From: Azolla caroliniana
Lineage: Eukaryota > Plantae > Polypodiophyta
Reading direction: 5' to 3'
Length of the DNA: 64,000 nucleotides
Assembly: GCA_043228905.1 (NCBI GenBank)
Contig: JBHGNT010000010.1
Location: forward strand, 4,898,001 to 4,962,000
The first letter of the stretch is position 1. The number at the start of each line of letters is the position of its first letter. Shown here piece by piece: positions 37,807 through 51,987 of this stretch. The notes under the pieces were generated by a model. That model saw only the letters and a list, made by a program, of their open reading frames with translations. It ran no database searches and was not told the DNA's origin. A program made the translations under genes and the position numbers.

Positions 37807-40800
37807 ATATAAGTGTGGTTAAGTTCTCCCTAATAATAATGTGTACCCTTCCTTTAATGTATAAATGTACAATATTAGGCTTCTTACATATGTCATGGTA
37901 TTTGAAGTCCAAAAAAGCTTAAAAAGTGCATCATGAACTTGTTTTTTCCTATCTTTTTAGCCTAAAGAGCCATGTCAAATTGTCAAGTTGAACTTTTCTT
38001 TGTCCAATACAATGGTTAAGACTACCGTCGACATATGTCAATTCATTTCTTTATCGGTGTTGAATTTTGTAAAGAAAATACAATGATTTACTTCACTTTT
38101 CCTTTTATTGACTTTGATAATTTGACATCATTTTCATGTACAGATATGAGATTCTGTGAGACTAGTGTGAAATTGTGAGCAAGACCATGGGGGTCTTGAA
38201 CTGGGATGATGGGCTTTGATTGTGTTCTCCTCGTAGTTCATGTGCTTCATGTTATGTTCGAGAGTGTACACTTATTTATGAGTACACACGTGTGTTGGCA
38301 CGTTTATAAAAAGGGTTTTGTATGTGTTTAAAAATAGTTGTGTGATGTGTGCGTAAACGTGTAACTGTGTGGGTGGGTATGTGAAAATGTGGGGGTGTGC
38401 GTTGTTATTAAAATATATATGCATTCAAAACAATGTGGATACATGTGTATGAATGTGTCGTTTAATTGTGGTTGGGTATGTGTATATCTCTAGGGGAAAG
38501 GGAAGGGTTAAGGTTAAACTTAAGAAACCTTTAGCGAAAAAACTCTAGGAAAAAAGGAGAGTGAAGGGTAATTTAGGAATATAATGAACTTTTAGGGGAA
38601 GGGTAGTTTGGGAGTAGAAATTTTAAATGTGTGTTGTGTGTCGATGGACAATTAATAGATGGGAAAGTAAAAGAGACTTGGTCACATGTGGACCCTAGCC
38701 AAGGTGTCAAGATCCTACTTTTGAGGTCAAAAGGGCTTCATTGACAATAGTTAGGATGAGTAGTGACGTCGTAAACCAAGGAACAATCCGAAGTAGTACA
38801 ATAGATGTTCTAGGCTTGTCACCTACTCCCGTCTCTTCCTGTTTACTCATTGAGAGCAATTTGTCCTCCCTCCCAAGGCAAAAAATTGATGGGTATCATG
38901 CCCGTCAGAAACATACACCTAATGAAAATGTCCGTCAAGTGACATATAAAGTTTAAATTTCTATTTTCATGTTAAAGGTCCCTAAAATTTATAAATGTCA
39001 AATGACATGCTAAAATTCTATTTTCAATGTCATGAGAGTCCCCCTCCAGCTATAGTTGGTTACTCTTTGTAACTTGTAGCTCTGAGGCTAGCTAGCAACA
39101 ATGCAAGTTAACTAGTGACGAAGTGAGCTAGCTACAAAACTAATCCTTTCATGGCTAGTTTCCTACAAAGCTAGACCACTCAGAACTATCTTGCTATGTA
39201 CAAAAGGACTTTGTTTGTATGAGTGAGTGCATGGTTATAAATAAACTAGTTGAGAGTGATTTGGTAGAGGAATTGAATACAATGAAATCGACTTTTTGAT
39301 CATGTCCTGTCCAATTGATCCCCACTAACCTCTTATTGTCCCAAAGCCTAAACCTCATGAGTTGGAAGTAAAAGGCTTCCCTAACCAAAATTTCCCCAAC
39401 ATCTTCAACTCCGAAGTTCACTGAAGAAAATTCAAAAATAAAGATCAAAGAACGGCTTCTTGTGTAAGACTTCAATTGTGTTTTTCTTTTCTTTTTTTTC
39501 CAAAAAAACACTACTTTGCATTAGTTAGCGAATAGAATGCAACAGAGTTTACTCGAATCCACAATGGGATCAACATATACAACTTGGAGGAACAACTCCA
39601 AAACTATCAAATAAAAATAGCAAAAACTCACCCGACCCTTAACTCCAACAAAATTGAAATAAACCCCATTTTACCCCGACTCTACATCTCCCAACTAACT
39701 CTTTTCTAACAACATTATCCGGGTAACATGACTATACTAACCCACTTTTGCTTCAATTATACATACATAATTTCTTAGTCTTAACTTTCTCAATATGTAT
39801 GGCACATAGTCCAATGTATGTGCTCAAAATTTGGGGACATGGCCTCCAAAAGCAAAATCCAATGGTTATAACCTTGTTTTATTGGCAACTTACTCTAATC
39901 AAGTGAACTAATTGTCATTTAATAATTTATTCGAATCCTTAACAATCTTCTCAACTATTTCTCCTCATGACTTGACCCCATCATTACATTGTTTTGCTTA
40001 ATATCTGTAACTCAAATCTAGACGAAGACACCATTAGAAGAAGTTTGGATTCTTATCTATTTGGTCTTGTAAGAAACTCCCTTGCTTTGATACATCTTAT
40101 CTTCGATGTCTTAACATGAACTAGTATATACAATGTCAAACATCAACATTTGCTTCTTGTAGTTGGACAACATTTATAAAACTTCCCAACTTAAAGCATA
40201 GGAGATGTTGTCCATTATCATCATAATTGCAAGTCCATAAGTATAGCTCGGCAATTCAATGACACATCCCACATAAATCATCCAATTAAAAAGGTGTAGG
40301 CATTTTTTTTATATGAAAATCTACATACAAATGGCCTTTAAGCCCTCTTTTTTGACATATCATTTACATATAGATTGGCATTGGGGATCAATTACACACG
40401 GGTGCTTCATTTTAGTATTGAGAAATCAATGTACAATTTTCTTCTAAGCCTTTCTTTTACATTATTTACATATGTGAGTACCATGTAAGGGGATGGTGCA
40501 TTGTCTTCTAGAGAAATTCAAGTAGGAATGAGTCTTGATTGTACTTGACTTGGTGATACAAATGGTTGAACATGGTGCCCATCTCTCCCTCAAAGATATG
40601 AGGTGTTTACATTACCCAATCACCATTTCATGTAAACACTATGATTCGGGAAGCGTGTTCCGGTTCACTATCAACTATAGCTCTTTATTTTGGGTTTTTT
40701 CTTGAGTGCAAACACATCATCTTGAAATGTGCAAAATGTGCAAACACATCATTCACATTTGGGTAGGGTCACATTGGGTATTGATGCCAATGATGATGTT

Positions 40801-40816
40801 GATGTGCATCCCATGG

Positions 40817-43800
40817 TTATTGTTGTCTCTTCCTGTTACATAAAATTAAGCATAACAATGCAATAAACCGTGTGACAAGTCCCATACAAAAGAGTATAGA
40901 GAGGCACAATGCCCAATTGTTGATGTTATAGTTTGTCGAATAAAGCAATGCACACCGTGTTATCAACCATACCCCAGAATATCTGGCAATCAAGAAAAGC
41001 ATAATTATTGTAAGAGTTAAATTCTGCACTCTAAAAATCCCTCATTAGTTTGTTCAATATATTTAATACTTCATTTACCTCTTAGCATTTGCTATAATAT
41101 AAGCTTGAAGTGCCCAATTTGCATAGTCCGCATAAGGAAGGTACTTGAGGATACTGGGCATATCCTTTTTTGTTGCAACTAGTGTCAATATAATCGGCAA
41201 GAACACGGACCACTATAAAGAAAACATAATCAAACTAAATATATCAATGTGTCTTTATAAATACCAAAAGAGATGAGATGCAAGATGAGTATTAAATAAT
41301 CGACAATGACACGAACCTAGTTAACTTCTTGATATATGTAATAATGTATATATGCATGTATGTTTGTATGTATGTATGTATAAGATAAAAAGGAAACCAT
41401 AAAGGACCTTCTTACCAATTGGGCAGGTCCACTATCCATTGTGATAGCGAAAATATAAGCTATCCCAGTTACACAATAGACCAAGGCTAGGGTGACAATG
41501 TAATTTTCCACAAACGTCGATCTTGAGTTGTTAAAGAAGTAGAACATTGATAAGAACACAACTGGTTTAATGATGGTATTGAAATGGTCCACCGTGTCCT
41601 TAGCGAGGAAATATGCTACCTTGTTTATACCCGAACTACTTTCCCTCCAGTATTCAAGTTTATCGTTGGTAAAGGTTCTTAGTGATGCAATCATGCATAA
41701 AAGGGCTGTGAGAAAGAAAATGAGAAATATATTAATTTTTGTGGATTCCGTTACAAAACATTTGCATAATCTCCTATTCATGAATATGAGAGAAAGATTT
41801 AATGTCTAATAAATACTTACATAATGCAATAATGACAAAAGCATAGCTGTTGGATCCTAGGCTCGAATCGCTGCTTGGTGCAATCACACCCAAACAAGCA
41901 CCACAAAGTAGTAAAATGAGACCATCTTGTGTTTGTACCTTTGCTTCCCTTATCCTTTGAAGAAAAAGTCTGTAAACAAAAAAGGGAGATGTCACTTAGT
42001 CTTTCATCATCATGTTATCTTCTCGGTTCGTGTCTTATCTGACACACTAGATGACATTTCCTTGAAACACTATGATGCTTTAAATCTTCTTAGCATAGAA
42101 ACAAAAATCTATTGCACAAAAACACAATCACCTAGAAATGATCATTTTGAATTGTGGCCAAAACCATGGAGTCTTCCGATTGGATAGGTCTTCATATCTA
42201 GTGAATGTGCTCTTAAACTCATCCCAGTGGTTCTTTACGAAATTCGTAGACTCGCTCCAAGCATCTTGCATAAAGTTTTTCTCTCTTGCATTGTTTCTCG
42301 AAGATTGGATCCCGTCTTTCGTTGTAATGCCAGCTGCTGCATCTGTTTCTGGTATAGATGCTTGAAAATCATTTGGAATAGTGTAGCCTTTGTGTTGCAT
42401 CCATTTGATAGGAAGTATCGATGGATCAAGCCGTTTCCCATCACTTGGCTTCACCATACCTTCCAACACATCCATATAATGGTCGGGTGGATTTATGCGT
42501 TCCGGCACAACTATACCCATTGTAGCAAAATAATCCTCAACTTCATCTACAGGACCAAGATAAACAGTCTTTCCACCTTTTGCAAGAAGCATAACATCAT
42601 CAAACATCTTGAACAAGCCATAGCTGTTAAAAAAAAAAAAAAAGAATACAAAAGAAGCAAAGAGTTGCAATAAGGAACAAATTTTGACACCAAGTGATAT
42701 ATGAAATAGGGCAAGTAAACAACACAAATATACCACCAAAATGTTGTGGATGTATTACAACAATATCAGTAAGTTTTCACATGCTACAAGTATCTGCTGG
42801 TTACCTTGGCTGGTGTAGCACCACACCCACATTAACACCGACATATGCCTCCCGCCTCAAAGCTCTTAGAACGAGAAAAGAGGACGTACTATCAAGACCG
42901 GATGTCGGTTCATCAAGAATCAGGAGAGATGGTTCCATGACCATCTCAAGACCTACATTGACTCTCTTCCTTTGACCTCCTGAAATTCCTCTTTGCTGAA
43001 CTGTGCCCACTTTGGAGCTTCTTATTTGTTCGAGACCAAGCGAATCAATGATGCGCTCGACCACCAAAACTTTGTCCTGCTTTGGCATTTTTGCAGGCAG
43101 TCTGTTATAAAAAAACAAAACCATTTGGCATGTATTTCAATAGAAGGGGGTTTACAGTCCTTTCTTGAAGCGGGATTATACATATACACTCGAATAGGAA
43201 AAAAGGTGGAGAATCTAGTCATTAACAAATCCACAAATAAGTCTTTAATTTTTCTTTCTAAATTAGCCTTGAATGCATAAAAAAGTTACCTTTCACAAAG
43301 CAGAAACTATGAAACATCTCTCGTTCTTTGTACTTTCATACTTGATTCTAGTTTATTAGACAACCCGTGAGTTAGCTTAGTGATTAAGCTGGTATGTGGG
43401 AGTAAGAAAATACACATAGTCTATTCATATCTAACAAGCAGCTATGCCGTAATACAATGATTTTAAATATACAAAATTGAGCGAAACTTGTTCATTAATC
43501 ATGTTTCCTTCTCCACATAATATGCAGCAAACGGGAGATTGAAAACAGTAAAAGAATAAACCTGTAATTTGCACTGAACCAGATATTTTCTTCGACGGTC
43601 AGGTTACCGTGAACAATGTCATCTTGCGGGACAAAGCCAATCACTTTCTTATAACACTTGATCGGATCCGGCTTCCCATTGATCAATACAGTACCAGTAG
43701 TATAACTACTATAAGCTTTTCCGGCTAAAGCATTGAGAAAAGTAGTCTTTCCAGCACCAGATGGACCCATTACAGCAGTGACTCTACCAGGAGAGAGTTT

Positions 43801-46800
43801 TCCGGTCACATTGCAAAGAATCTTTTTACCATTTCCTTTCAAGAAAAGGGATAAATCTTGGAAAGTAATCTCAATTTTAAGCCGATGTCCTTTGGCTTGC
43901 TCTTCACCTATTCGGACAACCTCATCCCATCTCATTTCGGGCTGTTTTTGGGCTGCTGCCTTCTCTTTCTCTATCTCGCCGTAAGCATACCGCATAATTT
44001 GGCTTCCCGTTTGAAAAGTGATCTTTTTCTTCTTATTTTTACTGTTTGATGATGCACTTGATGTTTCGTTATAGAAGTATAAGTCTTCCTCGGCATCAGA
44101 AAGGTGTGAGGACTTTCCGTTAGTTTCGCCTATAACGGCCATCTCATAATTGTAGTTCTTTGTTTCTCCAGCATTATGAATGTTCCCCCCTAATCTTGGT
44201 CTTGTGGTTGCCCTTTCAGAGGAGAGCATCACAAATGACTTGCCATCCATTGCCCTTCTCGGGACACCGGATAATGTACGGCTGATCTGAGAACGCCATG
44301 TTTCCCCCACACTCAGATTCTCTCTAACTTGCTTTATGGCCCTCTCTCGGATTTTCTCTTTGCGTTTCCGACGAACATGTCGGACTTGGTTGGAGCAGTT
44401 GTACATAATCACAACACTTAAGACCAAGCCAACCTGTGTGTGGCAAAGGAAGAATGATCATGTACGGAAGATATTAAAATTGTAAGGACAAAATACCCCT
44501 AGCTTATCGGGTTATTTACAGCAATACCCCCTAAGCTTTTAGAACTTACCTCTGGCAGTATAAAAGATACTACCACAAAGGTATTCTTATCTGTTTTTGG
44601 AAATTTGGGGTATTCTAGTAAAGAATTGATAAGTTAGGGGTGTTTTTGTGTATTTCTTCGAATAAACGAGGCTTTTTGGTGGGCTAAACCCATCTTACAA
44701 TGATGATGATGCCGTAACTTTGAATATGTTGAGTCTTCGATTGTTCATCACAATTTGTCAACCGAAAGCATTCTGAAAATATGTAATAAAAAATATAACG
44801 AGTTGTTTCTAAAATAACTGTGCATAATAGTGAAGTTCTTATCTGACCATATTAGTAATGCTTAATCTTTGACATAGAATTGGAAAACTTACTGCTTTGA
44901 ACAGTGGACCCTTGTCTACAAAAATATCTATCAATCCCACAGAAAAATGTCATAAGTAATCCCAAACACATCAATGCACTTATATATAACATACAAATTA
45001 GGAGTTGATCAACTTAATATTTACCCTTGGTCACATGTGAGTTTATTGGTGGTAGATGGGCAGTAAGAGCCTGCCGGACAAAAGATTCCACTAGCTACTG
45101 AAAGAGATGCCCATAGATTGGCTCCCCCACATGAAAAATCTGCTCCCGGTGTTAATGGATAATTGTACCTAAATTATATCAAGCCCTATTTTGTTTTCTT
45201 TTTCTCGCAATAGCTATAGTAGGCTTGATGAAAAATAATACAAAGGCATCACTAAAGAAAAGAACAAGCTCAGCAAGACCACTCACTATACATATGCAGA
45301 AAGCATTTTTGCTAGATATATCCTGTTGCATTTTTGCTAGATATATCCTGTACACATTACACATGTACATGCACATGCACATAACCCACAATCTATAATC
45401 TTTCCCCCTTGGCTCTTAGAGCTTAACAAATGCATGAGTTCTTTTCCATTTCATACTCCCATAATACAAATAAATACATTCACATCCAGCACAGAAGACA
45501 AAGAAATAATGTCTTTTAGCCAATATCTTCGTGAGAGTGTTCAATTCGAAAAGGAGAAATACATACGGTGAACATAAGCCTTTTGTAAGATTGGAACTGG
45601 TACATACGGCTCCTAGAGGACATGCTGCAAAAGATCAAAAATATATGTACATATCATGATCTCGAAATTCTAGGATTACAAAAAACTAGCATCACTCCAG
45701 ATTCGTGCAAATTATTCAATCATTTAATGAAAATGATATGATATGATCATTCGATGCAAATCCTAGATCCTAAACCCTAAATCTTAAATCATTCAAATTT
45801 ATTCTACTATTAAACTAGCGTTTGAAACATCTTACCTTTTTCCATCTCAAAGCATGGAAAAATATCACAATCAAGGAAACACATTAAAATACCCTTAAGT
45901 TAAACGTTGCAAGTATAATCATTGTCAGGTATTGTAGTAAACATACAATCTAGGACTATTTTGGTGTTATGCTTTGCTTTTATAGAATTAATCTTCCAAG
46001 GGAGCAGTGTACTTACGCATCATGCATCCTAAGCCACGAGGACAGAAGAACCCATCACAACAAGGAATATCTGCAAGATCAGTGCGAAATGGCATCGTGG
46101 TATCGTTTCGATAGAGATCACTCATATTCGAAACAACGTCACTTAAGCTCTTTGACCATCCAGCTTCACATCCCTTAGTCCATCTTGATTTATTGCAATT
46201 AGAATCTAGAATTGTTGCTGATGCTGCATCATTTGCACTGCCTTGGATTATAGAAGTTAAGGATGAAATATACCTTTTGATCTCCGTCGATGTGCACATA
46301 TATTGCATGAATGATCCTGAAAATTGATGAAAAATGATTACAAAAGAGAGGTTGTTACGTTGGCATCATTTGAGCCACTTACGAAAAAACTAATTTCTCC
46401 AATTCTTTGATCTCTACTAGACTTCATGGTTGTTTGTATCATAAGAAGATTCTGACCTAATGTTTGATCAAAGCATTCAGTGAGGAAAGATAGATTTCCC
46501 TGGAAACCAAAAGTTGCATCCCTCTCTTCAATCCTGGAATACACAAAAAGAAAGGCAATATGATCTCAAGGTCTCTTCTTCTACTCCCACAATTTCTCTC
46601 TGCAAATACACATGTGCATATATATATATATGGCCTCAGAATCCATACCCATCTATCCACCCATATATACATATATAGACACACACACACACACACACAG
46701 AGAGTGAGAGAAGTGCATGTGCATACATATACATACACATACACATGATATGTATATATGGCATCTTATGAAGATTTAATGTGTATACTCCACAATCTAT

Positions 46801-47269
46801 ATAATAACACATCTATCCACCCATATATACATATATAGACACACACACACACACACACACAGACAGAGTGAGAGAAGTGCATGTGCATACATATACATAC
46901 ACATACACATGATATGTGTATATGGCATCTTATGAAGATTTAATGTGTATACTCCACAATCTATATAATAACACAACACCTAAATTTATGAAGAAATGCT
47001 TACGGATCAGCAACGCAGAAGCTGAAACTCTGCGAGAAAGCAATTGTGTATGCATCTACAGTCTGCTGGACATCGCGGTAGAGCTCATCTTGGCATGCTT
47101 GCTTAAACGATGGGTCTTGCACTGATGTTGCGCAAACCTTAATGATATCTGATGCTGATGATGGTGTTGTAGTATTTGTGACATTTACTTGGGCATTAAT
47201 CATCATCCCTTCCTTTAATAATAGGAGCGTCAATATACACAAGAGTAGACGAATAAGATCCATACTCAT
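40817..47269 (-). CDS. ABC transporter G family half-transporter with N-terminal Cys-rich extracellular domain (ABCG24/ABCG28-like), about 1117 aa, 14 exons: 47269-47004, 46533-46457, 46316-46017, 45624-45567, 45168-45025, 44927-44893, 44772-44699, 44433-43562, 43101-42805, 42623-42132, 41969-41821, 41705-41416, 41212-41079, 40982-40817
   Basis: Walker [10 protein letters not shown]-loop GFVPQDD, signature ISGGQRKR, Walker [11 protein letters not shown] and HQP. N-terminal [21 protein letters not shown] and FCPAGSYCP; C-terminal [10 protein letters not shown]. Splice phases are consistent (3354 nt). Confidence 0.93.
44484..44652. mobile_element. MITE-like fold-back element in ABCG intron 7
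   Basis: ACAAAATACCCCTAGCTTATC at the left is inverted against GATAAGTTAGGGGTGTTTTTGT at the right. Further nested inverted blocks (TTTAC..AATACCCC; TACCT..GG.AGTAT) make nearly the whole segment an imperfect hairpin. Confidence 0.65.
46650..46975. repeat. Tandem duplication of about 160 bp in ABCG intron 1
   Basis: CATCTATCCACCCATATATAC...(CA)n...CTCCACAATCTATATAATAACAC occurs twice. Confidence 0.9.
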
Positions 47270-49893
47270 ATTGATTGTTTTAACTGTGCAACAGATTCAA
47301 AATCTGCAAGATCTCAACAAGATTGAATTGAACTCTATATACAAGAGATGCGAAATTTTATTAATGTCCGGTTTTAGGATCATTTAATTCTAGATCAACA
47401 ATTTGAAAGAGGGGTAGGAGGGGGGGTTATCGATTGCAATCAATACGATCATGGAAGCAGATAATAACTGAAATGCAAGCTTTGACCATTCCTGTCCTCT
47501 TGGATGAAGGCGGTAATATGAATGGATCCTTTACTGGCAACTGAATCTAGGGTTAATTACAGACACTACTAATAGGAATGGATCAAAATTGGGATCAAAA
47601 CTTTAAAACAGCTACTCAAATCAGAATGGATCCTTTGGTTTGTCTCAAATAAGAATTTGGGATCAAATTTGGAAAAAAAAAGAGGAGGGGGGGGAGGGGA
47701 GCTCAAAACAATTCCAGCCTGAGTGCCAATTCAAAAAGTTAAAGTTGGATAAATTTCTATTAAAACAATCAAAAGAATGACAGAAATTGGGGGAGAGGAT
47801 GGTCATTATTCTAATTTTACACAGACAAGATTGATGTTGAATTGGTCCATGACCATTGAATCAGAGGTGGGTTGCAAAGGGGTTATAATATGTATAATAT
47901 GTATATATATATGTATGTATGTATGTATAAAGCAATGGAAATTGATTTGAGACTTGAACTCAAGACCTCCTTTTTCCTGAGTCCAAGACCATTGAATCAA
48001 TCTTCTCAGACGAAATGCACAATCTCTGCGTTTCCTCGATGATAGAGTTCCCCTGGGCCCCACACCCAATACCAACGGGGTCAACTGGCTAGACTATACG
48101 TTTCACATCTCACGATTCCGTGGGACTTTGGATGGGGTTTCTTCGGGAACACGCCCGCCCGCCCGCCCATCCTATCGGCACGGGCGGATCTCTACGTTTG
48201 CGCTCCATTTCGGCATTTGCTCGAAGAACCCTTATAAAGCCACCGCATAAAAAATGTATCTGCTTGTCTATATCTATATATATGATCTATGACTATATAG
48301 TGCGACATGCGCTCGTTTTATCTTTCCCATAGCTTTCTACACCACAAACGAAAATGTGACTTTGACACTTAGAAAAGAAAAACCCACATATGGTGTATGA
48401 CGATGAATGTGGTTCATCAAGGGAAAAAGCGGCAATACTTTAAATTCATGTGTGTGTGTGTGTTGATTGACTTATAAACCCATGTAATTTTAGATATACA
48501 TGTTAGTCATGACTCGTGACACATGCATTTATCAATGTTATGTTAGAGTCTGTTTCTTCCTACTATTTCATCATATGCCCATTTGAAGCTTTCAAAGCAT
48601 TACTCTTCTCTCCACACAAACTATTTGAAAATGGTTGCATTTAGTAGACTATCCATGATGGTTACAAACATAAATTGTCTTCAATTTTTGAGAGAGAGAG
48701 ATTGAGAGAGTTGGTTTTGATCTTATTTTATCTTTGAAACTCCTCTTTTAAATGCAAACGATAAAAAATGTCGCATAACACAGACCATCTATCCACCAAC
48801 AACATTTCAATACCCATGGGAAAGAGCATTTCACAAGACCCATTTCACAATTGCAACGATCTCTCCAAGACTCTGTTGATAAATCTTACCTTGAAAACAA
48901 ATTCTAATTATCCTCATAATAAAGAGCATCCTTCCTCATTACATTCGTTTCATTTAATCAATGCACACATGAATCCTTCCCAAAAACATCTTGTAACGCT
49001 TGTTAATCAATGTCTCTTGTATATGCATCTAATTTGTGAGCCAAATCTTTATCGTCATGATTCAGTCAAAATTACTTTGCAACAAAACAATCACATAATG
49101 TAATAATCAAGTTTCTTGCATATAAAAGCCCATGTCAATTTGTTTCATGTATATTCACATCAATAACTTTATACATTGGACGCAAATGTAGGAGATTCTT
49201 TTTTATATGTATAAAGTATCTTCAATATCAAAAGAAGTCATGATTCCACTTTCTTTAAGTGCCTTTCTCCTAAAGATTGAATATATATGCATCTATAGAA
49301 AATGTATTACTAAGGATTCAAGAATGGCAAATGGAAAGTGTCAATAATTGATTTACGATTTCAAACTTTACATCAAGAAAAAAACAAAAAAATTGTTGCA
49401 CTTTATAAAGAGTCAATATTGATGCAAGCTATTTGAACTACTAAAGGATAAGAAGTTTTAGATATTAAATACAAATTTAATTTAGCTCTATATTAGAAGT
49501 AGGGTTGTACATTGATTATTATTTTCTCATTTTTGCCTAGAAGTTTGCATTTTTGTCATGGATGACTACTTGAGTAAGCGGATCCAAGTTGATGTCAAGC
49601 CGGATAGAGAACACGAGTCTAATTTCCAAGCACATGAGGATCCTAAGCACAACTCTAAAAACTAAATAGTGTTGGTGACAACAAGGTGATAGATAGGCAA
49701 GGGACAAGATCAGGGAGCTAGGTGAGTCAAGAGAAGGATTTGAACAACGGATGAGACTAAAAAATAAAAGGACTATGATTACATCCAATAATTGGTGTTG
49801 ATCTTCTTGTGGTCAACTATGGTGAAAGTCCCATTTTCCACAATCAGACATGCAATGCGAGGTGGTCGTGCATGCCACCTCACATGTATACAA

Positions 49894-51175
49894 TTTTTTT
49901 TTTCCCAAAACAAAACTCCTTCCATTAGTTATAAAATTTTATAGATGAGATTAGTATATACAAATCCCTATAGGGACATGATAGGTCCATCTTATGTGGA
50001 TGCCCATCGACTCAATAAAGGGGGAGGACGACCATTGTTGGATGAAGGCTAGTCGTTGTCTTTCAACTCCATCGGAGTCATCCTTGAGGCCATCATATTG
50101 GCTCTTTAGAGTGGCTACCACTTCACTCCATATCTCTTGCATTAACACTATTGGCTGCACGGTTTGGTTGGAGAAGACCCGTCTACACCGTTGTTCCCAT
50201 AGAATCCAAAGAGTTATTGGGCTAACCAATTCCAACACAACTTGAGATTTTGCATTGATAAGAGTTGAGTGGACATTGTCGATGGTGGAGTAAAAAACTT
50301 CTTGTGCTTTTATAACCAAAGTCATCCCCTCTTCTTGATTCTCATATCTGTCAACTAGGGCCTGCCATGATAGGCAACATACATTCCCCCACTTGATTGA
50401 GCCTTGCACCTGGCATAATTGCAATAAGCGGCCAACCCCCTGCCATATTCGATGGGACTCTAGGAAGTCCCATAGAGCGTGTCATATTGATTCTACTACA
50501 GTTGGGCATGCTACACAATTAGGAGAGCTGAGGTTCCCACGTTGCCATGCACCAACCGGTAGTGACTTATGTATTAACAACCATTGGAAAGTGGTGATTC
50601 ACCTCGCGTGTTGTTGTTTCTAGAGTTTTTGCCAAAACTTGGTGATAATTGTGTTAGGAACATGATATGTTTTCCAAACCTTTGCAGCAGCCGGATCTCG
50701 GGCTGATTGAGTGGCTATAATATGGCGACCCAATCTAGTTGTGAATTGAAAGAAAGGGATAGGTTTGCTTCCTTGCCCTGCGTAAGGATCACACCATGTC
50801 CATTGCAAAGGGTCCCAACTGACCTTACGTAGCCATGTGTTTTCATGAGTACATATGTGCCAATCTAGTTGTACTTTGATACGATCAGGATCTACAATCC
50901 ATTTATGCCCAGTATATGCTAGTACTCGAATTGCCTTACGATGTGTTGATGCCTCGTTGTCCCGCAATTCAGAGCCTTCGACCTTGTCCGGTGTGTCCCT
51001 ACCTTTTGGGAGCAAAGAGCCCTCCTTGTAGCCTATCCATTTCTCCGTTGTCGTCCTTTGATGATCAACTTCCCTAATCAGTAGAGCGTTAATGATTTTA
51101 GATCTCATAGCCCATCCGCCCCTTATTCCATGGAGGATGTTGGCCTGGTCTTGTATTGGCAATGACATAAACCGT
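49894..51175 (-). mobile_element. LINE 3' portion with poly(A) tail, interrupted at its 5' side by LTR elements
   Basis: ORFs 50620-51168 and 49951-50424 (PFFQFTTRLGRHI...FQWLLIH...). Poly-T lies at 49894-49903. Confidence 0.85.
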
Positions 51176-51987
51176 TGTCGCGAAGTTTCGCGCGCGCGTG
51201 TTACTTGGGCGGGACCACGGGGGTCTTGGACTAGGGAGTACTCAAGGGATAGAGAAGACCCGAGGTTTGCTTTATGACAATACTACTTCCCAACCCCTTC
51301 CCGAGCAAGGGCTCGTTGCCCTTTGTTTTGTAAGGGCGATGGCTTTCATTGATCACGACTTGTCGACCTTTCGACATCACTGCACGAGCCAAGTGATCAA
51401 ACGGGTACAAACAAAGATGAGCACGCAAGATGAACGCACAAGGGGACGCTAACACAAACACGAATGGCCGTACGTCTTTATGAGGAGGAGAGGTGCATGG
51501 GCATGCCCGAACGCTCGAAGACGTCGAATGTACGAAGAAGACACAACATGCGCACAAATGCTTGTATGCCTTTATGAGGAGAGGTGCATGGGCAAGCTTG
51601 AACGCTCCCTCGTCACAAGACGGCCTAACATACAAGGAAGGCACAAACACACGTAGAAATGCTCGTACATCTTTATGAGGAGGAGAGGTGCATGGGCACA
51701 CTCGAAACGCTCTCTCGTCACAAGACGGCTGAACGTACAAGGAAGACACAAACACACACACAAAATGCTCGTACGCCTTTATGAGGAGGAAAGGTGCATG
51801 GGCACCCCCCAAATGCTCCCTCATCACAAGACGACCGAACGTACAAGGAAGACACAAACACACGCACAAATGCTCATACACCTTTAGGATGAGGAAAGGT
51901 GCATGGGCATGCCCCAAATGCTCCCTCGTCACAAGATGGCCGAACGTACAAGGAAGGCACAAACACACGCACAAAATGCTCGTACGC
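51176..51987. mobile_element. Partial LTR (element A) containing about five tandem repeats of ~106 bp, interrupted by element B
   Basis: Begins TGTCGCG...GCGGGACCAC, resembling the end of the element B LTR. The unit TTTATGAGGAGGAGAGGTGCATGGGCA...CACAAGACG...AAATGCTCGTAC repeats across 51470-51987. Confidence 0.65.

Noticed and set aside
45755-45790. Telomere-like AAACCCTAAA
   Set aside because: Only one perfect unit with degenerate neighbours, in an intron; not an interstitial telomeric array.
22597-47269. CSLA, LysM receptor and ABCG as a functional cell-surface gene cluster
   Set aside because: They are unrelated conserved families separated by TEs, with no sequence evidence of co-regulation or a shared pathway.
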